From: Vitrella brassicaformis CCMP3155
Taxonomy: Eukaryota; Protista; Chromerida
Length of the DNA stretch: 64,000 bases
NCBI GenBank assembly: GCA_001179505.1
Contig: CDMY01000317.1
Span: 60,089-124,088 of the forward strand
Direction: 5' to 3'
Shown here: positions 28,176-41,600 of the stretch, piece after piece
How positions within the stretch are numbered: position 1 is the first letter of the stretch
Layout: each line of letters begins with the position of its first letter
The notes under the pieces: model-generated
Databases searched by the model: none
What the model was told of the DNA's origin: nothing
Seen by the model: the letters and a program-made list of their open reading frames with translations, nothing else
Program-made: the position numbers and the translations under genes

Positions 28176-28248
28176 GTGTGTCGACACAGTAATTGAATCG
28201 GCCTTCGCACAAAGCAAGCATCGCGCAGCGTCCTTAACTTGAGCCACA
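28176..28248. repeat. Dispersed ~73-bp element, copy A
   Basis: gtgtgtcgacacagtaattgaatcggccttcgcacaaagcaagcatcgcgcagcgtccttaacttgagccaca; about 5 differences from 56043-56114. Confidence 0.85.
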
Positions 28249-28871
28249 GACACCACCAGTTCACGGATCCCACACATGCTTGACTGTCCTTTGCAGCGTG
28301 CAGACTATCGTAAGCCCATACCGAAACCGGCCCCTCCGATCAGTACGCCCTCGCACTTATTCACGCACCTGTGGCCCGGTACTGACCCTGTCTCTGCTGC
28401 TCCATATACCTCTTGGTTCGGTTGTTCATCGTGCGTATCTTAGCGTCGGTCTCCACCTGCTCCTGGCTCTCCTCCCGCCAAATTCGCTCCCAAATTCCCC
28501 GGGAGTTTGCAAACGCTTTGATATCTGGGTTAGGGTTTGAACCCTTCACCCTAGGGCGAGTCAAGAAGTGCGAGGGAAGTGTTTGACAGAGATCACCGCC
28601 AGTGGCGGCCACACACCTCAATACACCACGGGCATCCGCCAGTTTCCGTCTCATCGTGATTTGTGAGTCCAGGGCGGCAGATCTGCTTTGATCTGTGTGA
28701 GGTGAGGGCCGTCCGAAGAGGACAGGACACAGAAGGTGCGCGGGCAGGCGGGAAGGAGCAAGGGCGTCGTCGGTGGAGGAAGGCCCCTCATTCCTCCTTG
28801 TGTGCGTGTCACTGTCAGGGCGTCAAGAGGTTGTAGGGCTATCTCTCTGTGTGCACCACCGAGCCCCACTC

Positions 28872-31081
28872 ATGGCCGCACGGCAACCAGCAGATGAGCA
28901 GCAGCAGGAGGACTCCGCGGAGCCCCCGATGGACGTCGACGCCGTGCAGCAACTCCAGAGCGGCGACGAGCCTGACGGTCAGCACCGAACGCCGCAGCAC
29001 TTGATTCTGTGTCCATGTGTGTGCATGTGGTTGATTGTGTTCAGGTGAGGACAATGAGGAGGGCGGTGTGATGGCCGATGGGAGCGAATCGGTGAGGCAT
29101 TCGTTCGCGAGCACCCCGTCCGTCCATGTGGCGCTCGTCACCTGGCTGTTCTCCCGTTGCCTCTGTGTCGCTGTGTCAGGGCGGTGGTATGCAGGACGAC
29201 AGTGACGACGGAGGGATGCTGGACGAAGACCAAGACCAAGACGACGAGAACGGGGACAGTGAGTGGGAAGACGACAGTGACTTAGACAGCGACGGTCATG
29301 ACGACGGCTATGAGGAGGAAGGTACGCCAGACAGACAGACACATGAGAGGGAGGGGGCGAGGTGCGGGCCCATACATGCATTCGTTCTCGGTGTGCGTCG
29401 TCTGATGGCTGTGTGTGTCCCACCAGGCCACCCGGTGGTGCCAATCACCTCAGCCGACGGGCCAGACGGCTTCTTGGGAGCCGATGAGCTGGAGGCGCGA
29501 TTCCCTCTCGGCACCAACGAGGCCACCAAGTCGCTGGCATTGGGCGTCATCGGCCGCACCATCCCCAGCGCACAGCACGTGACCGACCTCATCGAACAGG
29601 GAGCCAACCCCAATATCATGCCTCGACTGAAGAGGGAGGGCACCAAGCATCGTGGGTTCCGCTACCTGCTCCTCGCCATCGCCATCGACAGCAAGTCGGA
29701 CTTCACCGTCGGGACCATCCAGGCCGAAGACGACAATGATGACCGTCCCGTCGCCCTGCCACAGTGGTCGTCGGATGAGCTGCAGGCGGCCGTCCTCACC
29801 GCACTGCTCGACGGAGGCGCCGACACCGATGCGGCAGCCGATCGGCCCGGGGAGACGCCCCTCCAATTGGCGACTGCGTGCGGCAACCGGACGGCCTTCG
29901 AGCTGCTGATGGCGCGTCAAGACATAGACCTGCGCTCACCAGGCCCACGCATGGTGATGATGCTGCCCCGCTCGCTGCGTCCGCCTCCCCTCGAGTATCT
30001 GCAGCTGCTGCTGTCGATGTATGAGCGACTCGTCGCACGAGACCCCACCCTCGCTGCCGAACGAGACATCTGGGGCTACAGCCTGGTGCATCGGGCAGCC
30101 GAAGTGGCGGGGAGGCACTACCCCCAGCCCTTCATCAGCAGCTACCTCGACCTCATCAGAGTGAAGGGGGCCGACATGACGGCAGGTACCATTTTTGGAT
30201 GTACGCCACTGCACTACGCGGCAGCGTGCGGCTCTCCCTACGTGGCCGACTACCTCTGCCGCAAGCTGCCCGCTGCCGACATCGACAGACGGGAGAACAA
30301 CGGCCAGACACCCCTCGCCACAGCTGCCGAGGAGCTCGATCGCCGCACCCAACGGCTGCAGGACCCGGACACGCCCGAGGCCGCCAAGGAAAAGATGCGC
30401 GCTGAGAGTGACAAGTACAAGCTGACCATCCGCAGCCTGCTGCGGGCGGGGGCCGACATCAATCTAATCCCCACAGCCACAGAGGAGCGTCACCGTCAGC
30501 GCCAGCTGGTGCTGACGGAGTATGGCACAGTGCTCAACGAGGTGGGCCCTGCAGTGATGTCGGCCGTCAACGCCGCCCTGGCCCCCCACCGCTCCCTCGC
30601 GGCCCTCCTGACCCCCAGGCTGGCCGTCGGCCCGCAGGAGGCCCCCATCTTCGGCTGGCACATCGCGTCATACCTCTTCGACATGGATGCCGCCCAGGAG
30701 ACCATCAGTGAGGCCATCGGTGTGCGGCACAGCGACATGGCCCGGCGTGTGTGTGCGGCAGCGAAGCTCTTCGTCAAGTCGGCAGTGTACCAGGCCAGCA
30801 GCAACAGGGAGGTGGTGGGCGGGACGACCAATGTGGGCGGCCAGGTGGTGCGTGTGCCGCAGCTGCAGTGCTTTGTGGTGGGCGGTGTGGGTGGCCGCGA
30901 GATGGAGTTGCGTGAGGTGGTGCAGCGGGCCATCCTGGACGAGGCGACCAAGTGGGGGCTGGCGGGGGACATCGACAACGGCTTCAGCAAGGATGTGGCT
31001 GCGGTGGTGTGGGGGGCGGTGGGGTGTGTCGACAAGGGGCGGGACGGGAGGCAGACATTCACACCGCTGAGGATGACATGA
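28872..31081 (+). CDS. Ankyrin-repeat protein, lineage-expanded family, copy 2 (complete)
   Basis: Short acidic 5' exons, then a long exon with ankyrin-like repeats GETPLQLATACGN, YSLVHRAA, GCTPLHYAAACG and GQTPLATA, plus the shared C-terminal domain (PHRSLAALLTPRLAVGPQEAPIFGWHIASYLFDMD...). Confidence 0.9.
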
Positions 31082-31871
31082 GACAGGCAAACAGGTAGAT
31101 GAGGGCGGGCAGGCTGGCTGAGAGATTTTGCTGTTTGTATGGGTGGTTGTTGCTCTTTGATTGATTGCTTCTGCTTCGTGCCTACCGGCCCCTGCTGTGT
31201 GTCACCGGTGTATCTCTGTAGATGTGCGGCTCGATGGAGGGGTAGGGCGATGGTGGGGCGATGGAGAGAAAGGGGTGTAGCCGGCAGGTAGGCAGGCAGG
31301 CAGATGGGATGGGTGGAGAGATGTCATCCATCGTGTATTCACTCACCCATTCACAGGATGGTGGCTCATCTGCTGCCTCTAGGTGAATTGATCGCACAAT
31401 AGCCTTCCGGGTGGCTGGTTAGCGAGGCTGCAGTGTGACAGGATTCTGTGCGTGTGCATGCGTCGACCTGCTGAATGACATTCCATGGCCAATGAAGACT
31501 GCTCGGTGCCCAGTGTGGGTCGTGTGTCTGCTGGGAGAGTCGTCCATCGCTCACCACCACCCACAAGTGCGTCCATACACTGTGTCAATCGGCCACATTA
31601 GCCATTCTTCCACACCCACACGCCATCGCATGATCGTTCTCTCTCCATCATGGCCTCGCTTTTCGGCTTATTGGTGTCTCTTCTCTGCATCCATCTGCAC
31701 AAGCCTCACACGCCGCGCCCCCAGTGCGGCTGGCCATAAGATGGCACCACTACGGGCACGCCATGGGGATACACAAAGGGCGGCGCCTTCGATGCCGGAA
31801 GGGCAGCTGCAGCAAGCAAAGGAGACACAGCACATCTGGTTAGCATCGATCGGTCAGTGAGTGTCTCTCAA

Positions 31872-33098
31872 TTACTGCTCACCAAAGTGATGTCGCGTGT
31901 CCGCCATGGGCATGTGCATCACAGTCGTCCCCCGCTGAGCACCGACTCTTTCGTGAGGCGGTGCGTTGGCCATCATCGGGCCGCCGTGCAGCGGCTGGAC
32001 CCTCAGCGTGGCACCGAAGGCATTGAATGCCTGAGGCGGCGGCAGAGGCGAAGGGCAGCCAAATGGCTGTGTGTGGGCTGTCTTCGGCGGAGTCTTCTTC
32101 TGTGTCTCGGCAGCTCCACCCGTCACCCCGCTGCGTTGAGCAGCCGGCAGATTGGGCGGCGCCCGGGCAGCGAAGGGATTGCTCGGACTGATAGGCTTCC
32201 TTCCCTTGGCCTCGTCAGACGGCGCCTCCCTGTCTTGAGCTTTCTTGGCCACTGCCGCTCTCACGGGCGGTCCGCGCCCCAAAGGCACGCCAACGGCAAC
32301 ACCATTCCCGCCGCCAGAGGCCCTCGTCTCCTCTTCCCTCTTCGCTCCCGCCGTCATGGTGCGGCACATTTTGCCCCCTGTTTGATGAGTCTTGGCCTTG
32401 ATCCGCTCTGGCTGCTCTCTCGATGGCCCAACTGGAGCCTTCGCCTTAGCTGGTCGCACCACGGGCCTTGTTCCACCTTGGAAAAGGCGCAAATTGAATG
32501 ACGGCGCTGCAGACGGGGAGAGACATGGAGACACGTGTGCAGGTCAAAATGGATGCATTCTCGTCGAGGCTCTTACCTCTCTGCTTCTGTGGACCCTCTA
32601 ACACCTTCGCCTGGACACCAACCGACCGCATTTCGACGTTCCCGTTCTCCCCCTCCCCAGACGCCTCCAGCCTGTCGATTTTCTCCATAGCGCTGCGAAT
32701 CGCCTCTTGCTGTCTGGAGATGATGTCCATCGCCTCCTCGCGGAAGGCATTGGCCTCGGCGTTGTGGCACCTGGCTTCTTCCTTGGTCTTCTCACATTCC
32801 TGCACGAGCGAAGGAAGACACAGAACCACAGATGGACGCACCATTGGCATGGGGCTCTTCGCCTGACCTCCATCATGGTGTGTGCCGCAGCAGTGATGCT
32901 CTGCAGCTGCTGCCTCAGCTGCGAGATGATGGCGTCCTTGTCTTCGATTTGCATCATCAGACGGGCGATCTGTCCTCCGCACTCAGCGCTCCCTGGCTGG
33001 CCGGCGAGGCTCGTTGGCTCGCTCGTTGGCGGCGGCACGTTGGGGTGACGGCGGACGTGCGGCGCCGCGGATGTGACTTTCCCGGCCACTGTCGACAT
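31872..33098 (-). CDS. Hypothetical coiled-coil protein with low-complexity C-terminus
   Basis: MSTVAGKVTS..., heptad-rich QIEDKDAIISQLRQQLQSI and ECEKTKEEARCHNAEANAFREEAMDIISRQQEAIRSAMEKIDRLE joined by GT-AG introns, then a long P/A/G/K-rich terminal exon. Confidence 0.6.
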
Positions 33099-33229
33099 CC
33101 TTGTCACTGTCACAGTGTCTGGTGGCTGTGCTGATGGCGTTCCAGTGTGTGAGTTTCGGGGGCTATCTGGGGGGCGTCTGTGGGCGCCGAAATTTGTAAA
33201 CTCTTGTGTATACGGGACGACACCGGTAG

Positions 33230-34728
33230 ATGTCGTCGATACGTGAGGAGAATCTGTTCATGGCTCGCCTCGCCGAACAGAGCGAGAGATACGACGATAT
33301 GGTAACGGGCAGGCAGATCTGCACTCCTCATCCATCCTTCCATCCATCCGTCATGAATTCTGCGCCGTTGGCAGGTGGAGTTCATGCGGCGAGTCGCCAC
33401 ACTCAAGAGCGACCTCACACTCGAAGAGCGGAACCTCTTCTCCAGTAAGAAAACGAAACGAATGGCAGATTGGCTTTGGTTTATGTGTTGTCGACCAGTC
33501 GCATACAAGAACTCCCTGGGCACTCGTCGTGCCGCCTGGCGTGTCCTGTGGGCCATGGATGCTCGCGAACCCCAGCGAACCGGGCCATACATGGTGGGAT
33601 ATGTGCGGCAGCCGCAGCAATGGGCCACCTCTGTGTGTATGGGTGTATGTGTGTTTGTGTGTGTGTGTGTGTGTGTTTGTGTGTGTGTCAGGATTGCATC
33701 AATTTGTATCGGGCCAAGGTCATCAAGGAGATGAAGACCATCTGCAGCGAGATGCTCAAGATCATCGAAGAAGGTACCCAGACGACCAGCAAGATGAAAG
33801 CCACATAACACTTTCCATGTCGTGTCGTGGATCGTTCGGTGCAGATCTGTTGCCTTTGGCGTCGACTACCGAGAGCCGCGTGTTCTACTGGAAGCTCAAG
33901 GGCGACTACCTCAGATACACGGCTGAATTCCATCAGGTCACCCACCACAAACAGGAGCAACACACAAAGAGAGTTGTCAGTCACTGTACGTTTGTCTTTT
34001 CTCCTTTTGTTGGCCCCAGGCGGATGCGCACACAGCTGCTGCCGAGAGCGCCCATGACGCTTACAAAACGGTCACGAGAAGGGAAGCGAGAAGGGCGAGA
34101 GAAGAACTTTTTGCTGTTGACGACCCAGGCGTCAGAGATAGCGTTGAACCACTTGACGGCGACCCATCCAGTGCGGCTGGGGCTGGCCCTCAACTTCTCC
34201 GTCTTTTACTACGAAACCATCAACGCCCCAGGCATGGAAGAGGAATACCGACCCATCTGCAGTGCACGCAAGCCAAAAGAGACACACATCGCTTGGTTTG
34301 TGCATCTCTTCTCTGCAGACAAGGCGTGCCAGTTGGCCAAGGCTGCCTTCGACGAGGCCATCGGGCAGCTGGAGACGCTCGGCGAGGAGCAATACAAAGA
34401 CAGGTTATCAAGTAGATAGGATGCTCGGCCATGTGTAACCACTATGCGTTCGTATTGGGATGGTGTGTTTGTCATTGATTGTAATCAATATCAGTGCGAT
34501 GATTTTGCAGCTGCTGAGGGACAACCTGACCCTGTGGACGCAGGGCGTGCAGGTCAGTCAGAGGGCGGCGGGGCGGGTGGGTATTCACTAAATGCGATTG
34601 CGGGAGGTGGACGGAGGGATCTGTCAGCATCAGATGAGATGAGATGACTTGTGTGTGTGTGTGTGTGTGTGTGGATCCCTCAGGGCGCCGCTGTTGGCGA
34701 GGAGAGCAAGGCGGCTGATGCTCGATAG
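33230..34728 (+). CDS. 14-3-3 protein (divergent isoform)
   Basis: [83 protein letters not shown] and YKDSAMILQLLRDNLTLWT. One intron is GC-AG (34232-34318). Confidence 0.95.
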
Positions 34729-35442
34729 TTCGTGAGTGTCTATAGACCAGACAGACATGTTGGATGACATTCCTTGTGCAGACACCCTCTGTGTGCGCGT
34801 GCATTTACTTGTCGATACATGCATCAGGCAGAATCCACACAAGTCACTCATAGCAGGCAGCCAGTCTTCCCTCGCCGTGGCTCAGTCGGGAGGCACAGAG
34901 GGCTATGCAAGGCATCACACCAACGGCAGTACATCCATCCAGCAGTCCACTGACATGAGGACATTCTTAATTACACACACACAGACAGCAGGGAGCGACA
35001 GCCACCGACTTACCGATGAATGGTACATCCGTCCGTCCGTCCGCACACACCGATATCGACAGCTGCACCATGAATTCACTCTGTACAGAGGAAGCGACGA
35101 CGAACGTGACGGCAAAACGTACGCATGGCACACATCACATCTGTGTGGACCGATTCGATGGACCGATCGACAGCAGTGAGTGAGTGAAGACAAAAGTGAG
35201 TATTACGGGGATCATGTGGGTGCGTGCGATAGACGATATGGACGTGTGTGTGTGTGGGTGAGTGAATGTGTGTTGGTGTGTGCTATGCGGGGGTGGGTGG
35301 GTGTGTCTAGCCACAGTCTAGGTCAGAGTGTGTGTGAGTGTGTGTGTGCGCTCATGTAGGCATCAAAAACTGACATGAGTACACCTACTCTACAGGTAGC
35401 CAGGACAAAAATCGCCCGCAGCATTATAGTATCCGTAGACTT
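34317..35442. repeat. ~1.1-kb direct repeat, copy A (3' exons of 14-3-3 plus downstream flank)
   Basis: Near-identical to 37115-38167 including introns and 3' non-coding DNA; both end ...gcattatagtatccgtagactt. Confidence 0.92.
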
Positions 35443-36717
35443 ATGCCTTTGATTGACAGACAACCAATGGACCTCACACACGACTGACTGACTTAATCAA
35501 CCAGAGGAGCTAGCTGCCAATCTCGTCCGTACCACACACACAACACACACACGCACACACACAGACACACACACACACAGAGAGAGAGAGAGAGGGAGAG
35601 AGAGAGAGGGGCACGTGCGCAGTGCACGCCCCCTCCCTCCCTCCCTCTCTGCACACAGCCCACCCCTGCGCACATCCGTGTGTGGGAAGGCGCCTGCCTG
35701 CGTGGTGCCCACTCCTGCACACCAACCGCATTCACGAAATTCGCAAACCCTACGCATAATTAGGGGTCAGCTGAGCACTTTACCCTTCCCCCCGCCCCCC
35801 TGCAATGGGGAGAAGCCTCCCGGTCGCAGGGTTCCAAACCCTGCGAGCTTAGACGTGCTGGGGGGAAAGGGAGGCGCCCAAAGCGCATAGATCCCAACAG
35901 AGAGGCTCACAGGAAGGCCATGCACGCAGCCAGGAGCAGCCAGAAGGTTAAATCTCTGCTGCTGACGTGCCTGTGTGTGTGTGTGTGTGTGTCAGAGATG
36001 GGCGTGTTGCGCCAAGGGGAGTGCCCCTGTCCTGGTGACGCACAACAAACTTACCATCGTCTTCATTACGAAAGGGTCATTATTCGCTAATACACGGCCT
36101 CCTGACATCATCTGCTTCGTTTGCTGTGGCCGTAATTGTGTGTGGCTGACCAGGTGGCCGCCCAGTGTGTGTGGAAGGTGGCTGCATCGGAGGCTCATTC
36201 GGGCGCCAGAGGCCTGCTCTCGATGAAGGCTTTGCTATGCTGCAGCTGGCCCCTGCGCTCGGTGCGTTTGGGTGGGCTCACAGACACCCAAGTGTGTGGG
36301 GGGTGTTGTGACCCATGTGCAGCGCAGCGACCAGTGCGTGTGCAGGCGATTTCGGGGCGGCAGATTGACCAGGGCATCCCCCCGACACGCACAGGGCACA
36401 CACAGCCGTCGAGCGGAACTTTTCTCACGCGCAGCGGAACTTTTCTCTATGTGTGAGTGTCATCTCTGCAGGCACGCCACACCGTCTGTGTGTACGGCCC
36501 GGCCCATCCGACGCATGAGTCAGGTGCACCCTTGAGCTGGCAAAACACGTGCACAAGGAGAGGGGCAGGTCAGCAAACTCACACCGCTACGCAGGCGCAA
36601 AAAAATGTCACCATTTTGCCATTTTTGACCGTAGGATGAGCCTTGATGGCCAACTGTAGGCCGACATACGACTGATAGACAAGAACCAAGACTAGTCTAG
36701 GTTAGTGCGCATGAACT

Positions 36718-37497
36718 GTGGACCAATATACCGTCAAGAAAATTCTCCATCCGCACTTGACCCAGGTCAGCCACCCACACACACTGGTTCTCACACACAC
36801 ACACACACACACACACACGTCTTGGCTGCTGCCGCTCTTCTCTCGGGAGCAGCACGGTGGCAGGACGAGTGGCCTCACTGTGGGCGAGATTGGTATAGGC
36901 GGGGCGCGTGTGGCTTCCAAGCTGCTCAGGAGGGTTCCAAGGAAAGGGGCGGTGAGGGATGAGAACGGCCTGGCTGCTATCGACACGCTTGTGGCCTTCG
37001 ACATCAGCGGTGAGATGCTCTACTACGAAACCATCAACGCCCCAGGCACACACATGCGCACACGCAGACACAAACAACATCTATTCATTCGCTGACCGCA
37101 TTTCCTCGCTGTTCAGACAAGGCGTGTCAGTTGGCCAAGGCTGCCTTCGACGAGGCCATCGGGCAGCTGGAGACGCTCGGCGAGGAGCAATACAAAGACA
37201 GGTTATCAAGTAGATAGGATGCTCGGCCATGTGTAACCACTATGCGTTCGTGTTGGGATGGTGTGTGTGTCATTGATTGCCATCAATATCAGTGCGATGA
37301 TACTGCAGCTGCTGAGGGACAACCTGACCCTGTGGACGCAGGGCGTGCAGGTCAGTCAGAGGGCGGGGGGGCGGGTGGGTATTCACTGAACGCGGGATCT
37401 GTTAGCATCAGATGAGATGAGTTGTGTGTGTGTGTGTGTGTGGATCCCTCAGGGCGCCGCTGCTGGCGAGGAGAGCAAGGCGGCTGATGCTCGATAG
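36718..37497 (+). pseudogene. Chimeric partial 14-3-3 duplicate fused to unrelated upstream exons (pseudogene or young chimeric gene)
   Basis: A non-14-3-3 frame (TVKKILHPHLTQ..GLTVGEIGIGGARVASKLLRRV..AFDIS) joins [42 protein letters not shown]. No ATG is in frame immediately upstream. Confidence 0.65.
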
Positions 37498-38167
37498 TTC
37501 GTGAGTGTGTATAGACCAGACAGACATGTTGGATGACATTCCTTGTGCAGACACCCTCTGTGTGCGCGTGCATTTACTTGTCGATACATGCATCAGGCAG
37601 AATCCACACAAGTCACTCATAGCAGGCAGCCAGTCTTCCCTCTCCGTGGCTCAGTCGGGAGGCACAGAGGGCTATGCAGGGCATCACACCAACGGCAGTA
37701 CATCCATCTAGCAGTCCACTGACATGAGGACATTCTTAATTACACACACACAGACAGCAGGGAGCGACAGCCACCGACTTACCGATGTACGTAATGGTAC
37801 ATCCGTCCGTCCGTCCGCACACACCGATATCGACAGCTGCACCATGAATTCACTCTGTACACGGCACACATCACTGATGTGTGGACCGATCCGATGGACC
37901 GATCGACAACAGCGAGCGAGTGAAGACAAAAGTAAGTATTACGGACATTATGTGGGGGTGCGTGCGATGGATCGGATGGACGTGTGTGTGCGTGAGTGAA
38001 TGTGTGTGGGTGTGTGTGTGCGGGGGGGTGTCTAGCCACAGTCTAGGTCAGAGAGTGTGTGTGTGCGTGCGCGCTCATGTAGGCATCAAAATCTGACATA
38101 TGAGTACACCTACTCTACAGGTAGCCAGGACAAAAATCGCCCGCGGCATTATAGTATCCGTAGACTT
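37115..38167. repeat. ~1.1-kb direct repeat, copy B
   Basis: Matches 34317-35442 with small indels. Confidence 0.92.
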
Positions 38168-38687
38168 GTGTACCAGGGGTCGGTCTGACTGCTGCGCGCC
38201 CCGTCAAGGCGGCCAGGAAGACAGACCGACCGACCGACAAACCACCCAATTGCCCAGTCTCGTTAACCATCCCACACATACATCCATCTGCAGTCAGTCA
38301 GTGTACGCAGGAAGGCCCTTGTGTTGGTTGATGGGCTGTCCGGTCCTTTCCTGTTCTGGGGTCGTGCTAACAATCCCTCCGTGCAGTGAGCCTGGCCTGC
38401 AATGCTCGTTGCAAAGCAGACGCGCTGCAAGGATGGCGTGTGATGTGGGCCCCAGAACCAGCCGAGCCGGGCCGAAAAGAAACCGATCTTGCTATGCTAC
38501 ATCAGTACGTGTGTGTACCCTTATGCAATCGCCCGCCTCACTGCTGCACAACACACGTGCCAACCCATCCCATGCAATGCCATGCCATCGTCAAATCAAT
38601 TACACGCAGCGAAATCAAGCGATAAAACGAATGCAATCATATCATGCAACAGGGGAGTCAGTACACAGCCCTCCCTCGCTCCCTGGC

Positions 38688-41600
38688 TTAGATGTGGATG
38701 ACGTGCTGCTGGTCGTGCGCACGAAGCGACGGGGCGGTCTTGGCGGCCGGCTTGAAGGTCTTCTGCCGTCGGTCCATGAGGCTGTCGACATAGGCCAGCA
38801 TCTCTGGTCAGTCAGTCAACACACCACACCCAACAGGCAGCGTGAGCAACGTCACAATATGCATGACGGCCATTCCGTCATCTCACCTATCGTGTTAGGG
38901 GTGCCGAGGCCGGTCACGGGGTCCCATCCCTTGGCCGCATAGAAGCCCTGACCAGGGACAGAGAACGCAGAGGAGACACATGTGGATCGACGCGAAGCGA
39001 TGGACGGATGGCTGCCATGTGTGCATTGCGGCTGACCTTGCATGACTCGCGGCAGCCCAGCTCGGTGCACACGTTGTCGCCTAGGAGCACGTCGTTGTAG
39101 GCCTTCGGGTGCTCACGAGCCATTTGGTACAGCAACGGGTTGATGAAGCCCAAAGGCTGCACACGCACACACACGCCATACAGCATCCCTCCCTCCCTCT
39201 CTCCCTCCCTGTCCCTCCCACCGTCCCCTGTCTGGCTGTCTGTCTGTTCCAACCTTGCCCGTCTTCTTATACGAGAGATCGTTCAAGTGCGACACCACCC
39301 CAGCAATGACCGGTGCCGATGCGCTGGTGCCGCCCGCCGTGCTCCAGGACCTGTCGTATCGGATCAGGTAGTTGGTGCCGAACGCGGAGATGTCGGGGTA
39401 GCCACGGCCCTCGGGATTGAAATACGAGAACGGCGGCACCTCGGAATCGCCGGAGAGGTAGTTCGCGATCTCTGGCTCCTGGTACCTGATGTGTGTGCAC
39501 AGTCATTTGTGTGGGTGAGGGGATGGGTGGCTGGTTGGTTGGTCTTACTTGGGTGTGTTGCTGAACACCGAGAAGCCCCCGCCAGAAGTGAAGCCGGCGT
39601 TCCTGTAGGAAACGGCCTCCTCAGTGCCATCTGGACGCACACACGCAGCCAAGGGGACCGCGATGAAGTCACATGCATCCGACCCCATCAAGGCGCAGTC
39701 GGCAGCTCACTTGCATAGCACACGAATGGGCCCTCCTTACAGACCGGCGGGGCACCCTCAGTCAGGTTCAACGTCTGACAGAGACACACACACATTCAGC
39801 CACACAATAGCACGTGGCAAGATCAGATCGCCGCCCTTGGTCTCCTTCCTCTGCGTTACGTACGTAGTTGTGGAACTGCGTGGCCCCCACGCTGGTGACG
39901 GCGGGCGATGCCCCAGGGAAGGTGGGGTGGAACTGGGGGTCGTGGCATGTGTAGTCGGTGCGGCCGTTGGCTCCGGAGTCGCCCGACGAGACGATCAGGG
40001 TGACGCCTCGCAGACCGATCTTCATGAACTCGCTGTTGACACGACTGACGTACGTGCGAGCGTCGCCGCCCACGATTTGGCAGCCCTGCAGTGGATGGAG
40101 AAGGAGAGCCTTGTGAAGGCATCCGTGTGATGAGATGAATGGTGTGTGTCGTCCCCCGACCTGTGGGTCGATTCCTGCCGAGCATTGCTGCACCTCAGAC
40201 CAGCCCCACGAGATCGAGACCACCTCAGGAACCGACCTGACACACAGCGACCGACCGATCCATCGTGTGCTCACCGAAGCAGAAGGCGCCTCGCTTTCTC
40301 TGGCCTGCGTGGCTCACGCAGCGTGGAAGAAGTTGTTGCTGAAGGTGAACATCCAGCCACGTGTCGTCCAGTACCAGTCCTCGGCGCCCATGCCGGCGGC
40401 GATGATCCACTGCACGTCAAGCGTGGCCTCGATGTCGGGGAACTCGGGGTTGAAGGGGCCGACGATGTGAGACACATTGACGCCACTCAGACTCGTCTGC
40501 ACAAAACCACAAATGCTCCATCACAAAGGCGCACGTTCTCCTGTCCCTCTCCCTTGGTTGCCTGTCTGTCCACCTACCTCATTAAGGAAGTAGGCCAGGT
40601 CCTGCGGGCTGTATGAGTTGTCGTTCTGGAACTCTGCGCACCCCTGCGACACCTTGCTGGTGGTGGGCTTCTTGGGAATGTTGTAGAGGGAGTACAGCAT
40701 CTGCGGCACCACGATGTGCCGCGCGTCGTCTCGCAGGATGGGTCCGCCTGGCAGGCCGTAGCGGACTGTGTCATGCTCCATCGGGAAGTCCGACAAGCCC
40801 TAACAGAGCAGCCACGAAATGTGAGCCCTTTGAATGTGTTGTCGTCTGTTGCCTACCTCAATGACGTCGATGTGCTGCAGAACAGCCTTGGGGATGGAGT
40901 AAGGGCCCATCTGCCTGTGTGCATACGACACACGAGAAGAGGAATGTAACAAGCAGTGTCGTCGTGGAGGTTGATCTGCAATCGGTGAGGTGCACCTACC
41001 GCAGGATGGATTCGCCCCTCCGCTCATGGGTGAAGATGTGGACCTCTGTGCCAAACAGATACTCGACCAAAGACACAGTCCTACACACACAGCCATGTAC
41101 CAGATACCAATGTGATGCATGGCTGCCGACTGCTTATGTATGTGATATTGACTGCCTACCCTTCGAAGGCGAGTGAGTCCCTCCTGGGGCTGAACGACAG
41201 CAGGCGCCTGCCTGCTGCGGCGGCTGTCACGGCTGTGTGCTTGAGATACGACGACTCGATCCATTCCCTCACAGCTTCCAACACCGCAGGCCTAAACGCA
41301 GCACAAGTGACAGTGAACCCAGGTGCCTTGGGTATGCATTATCAGGCGTACTCGGGAGCCACTTTGTCGAGGATCTGACAACGACATGGCCAGAGAGAAG
41401 GGGTGAGAACGGCAGCAGGGTGGGACTCGTATGCGTTCGTGGTACCTGATCGGATGAGAGGAAGTTCTGGTAGTTTGGTGACTGAGGGTCGGACACATCA
41501 TAGAAGGTCTCTACGAGCCAGTCCAGGTTGCGCTGCTTTAGACCTACAACTCGATGACAGCACCACACGGATGGACATGCAGATGCACTGGAATGCCTGC

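Noticed and set aside
28237-28247. Minus-strand TGGCTCAAG matching the 3' end of the dinoflagellate/Perkinsus spliced leader
   Set aside because: Only 9 nt, the rest of the leader is absent, and the second copy differs.
35900-36650. Possible exons upstream of the 14-3-3 chimera
   Set aside because: Splice-like sites are present, but I could not build a consistent stop-free exon chain.
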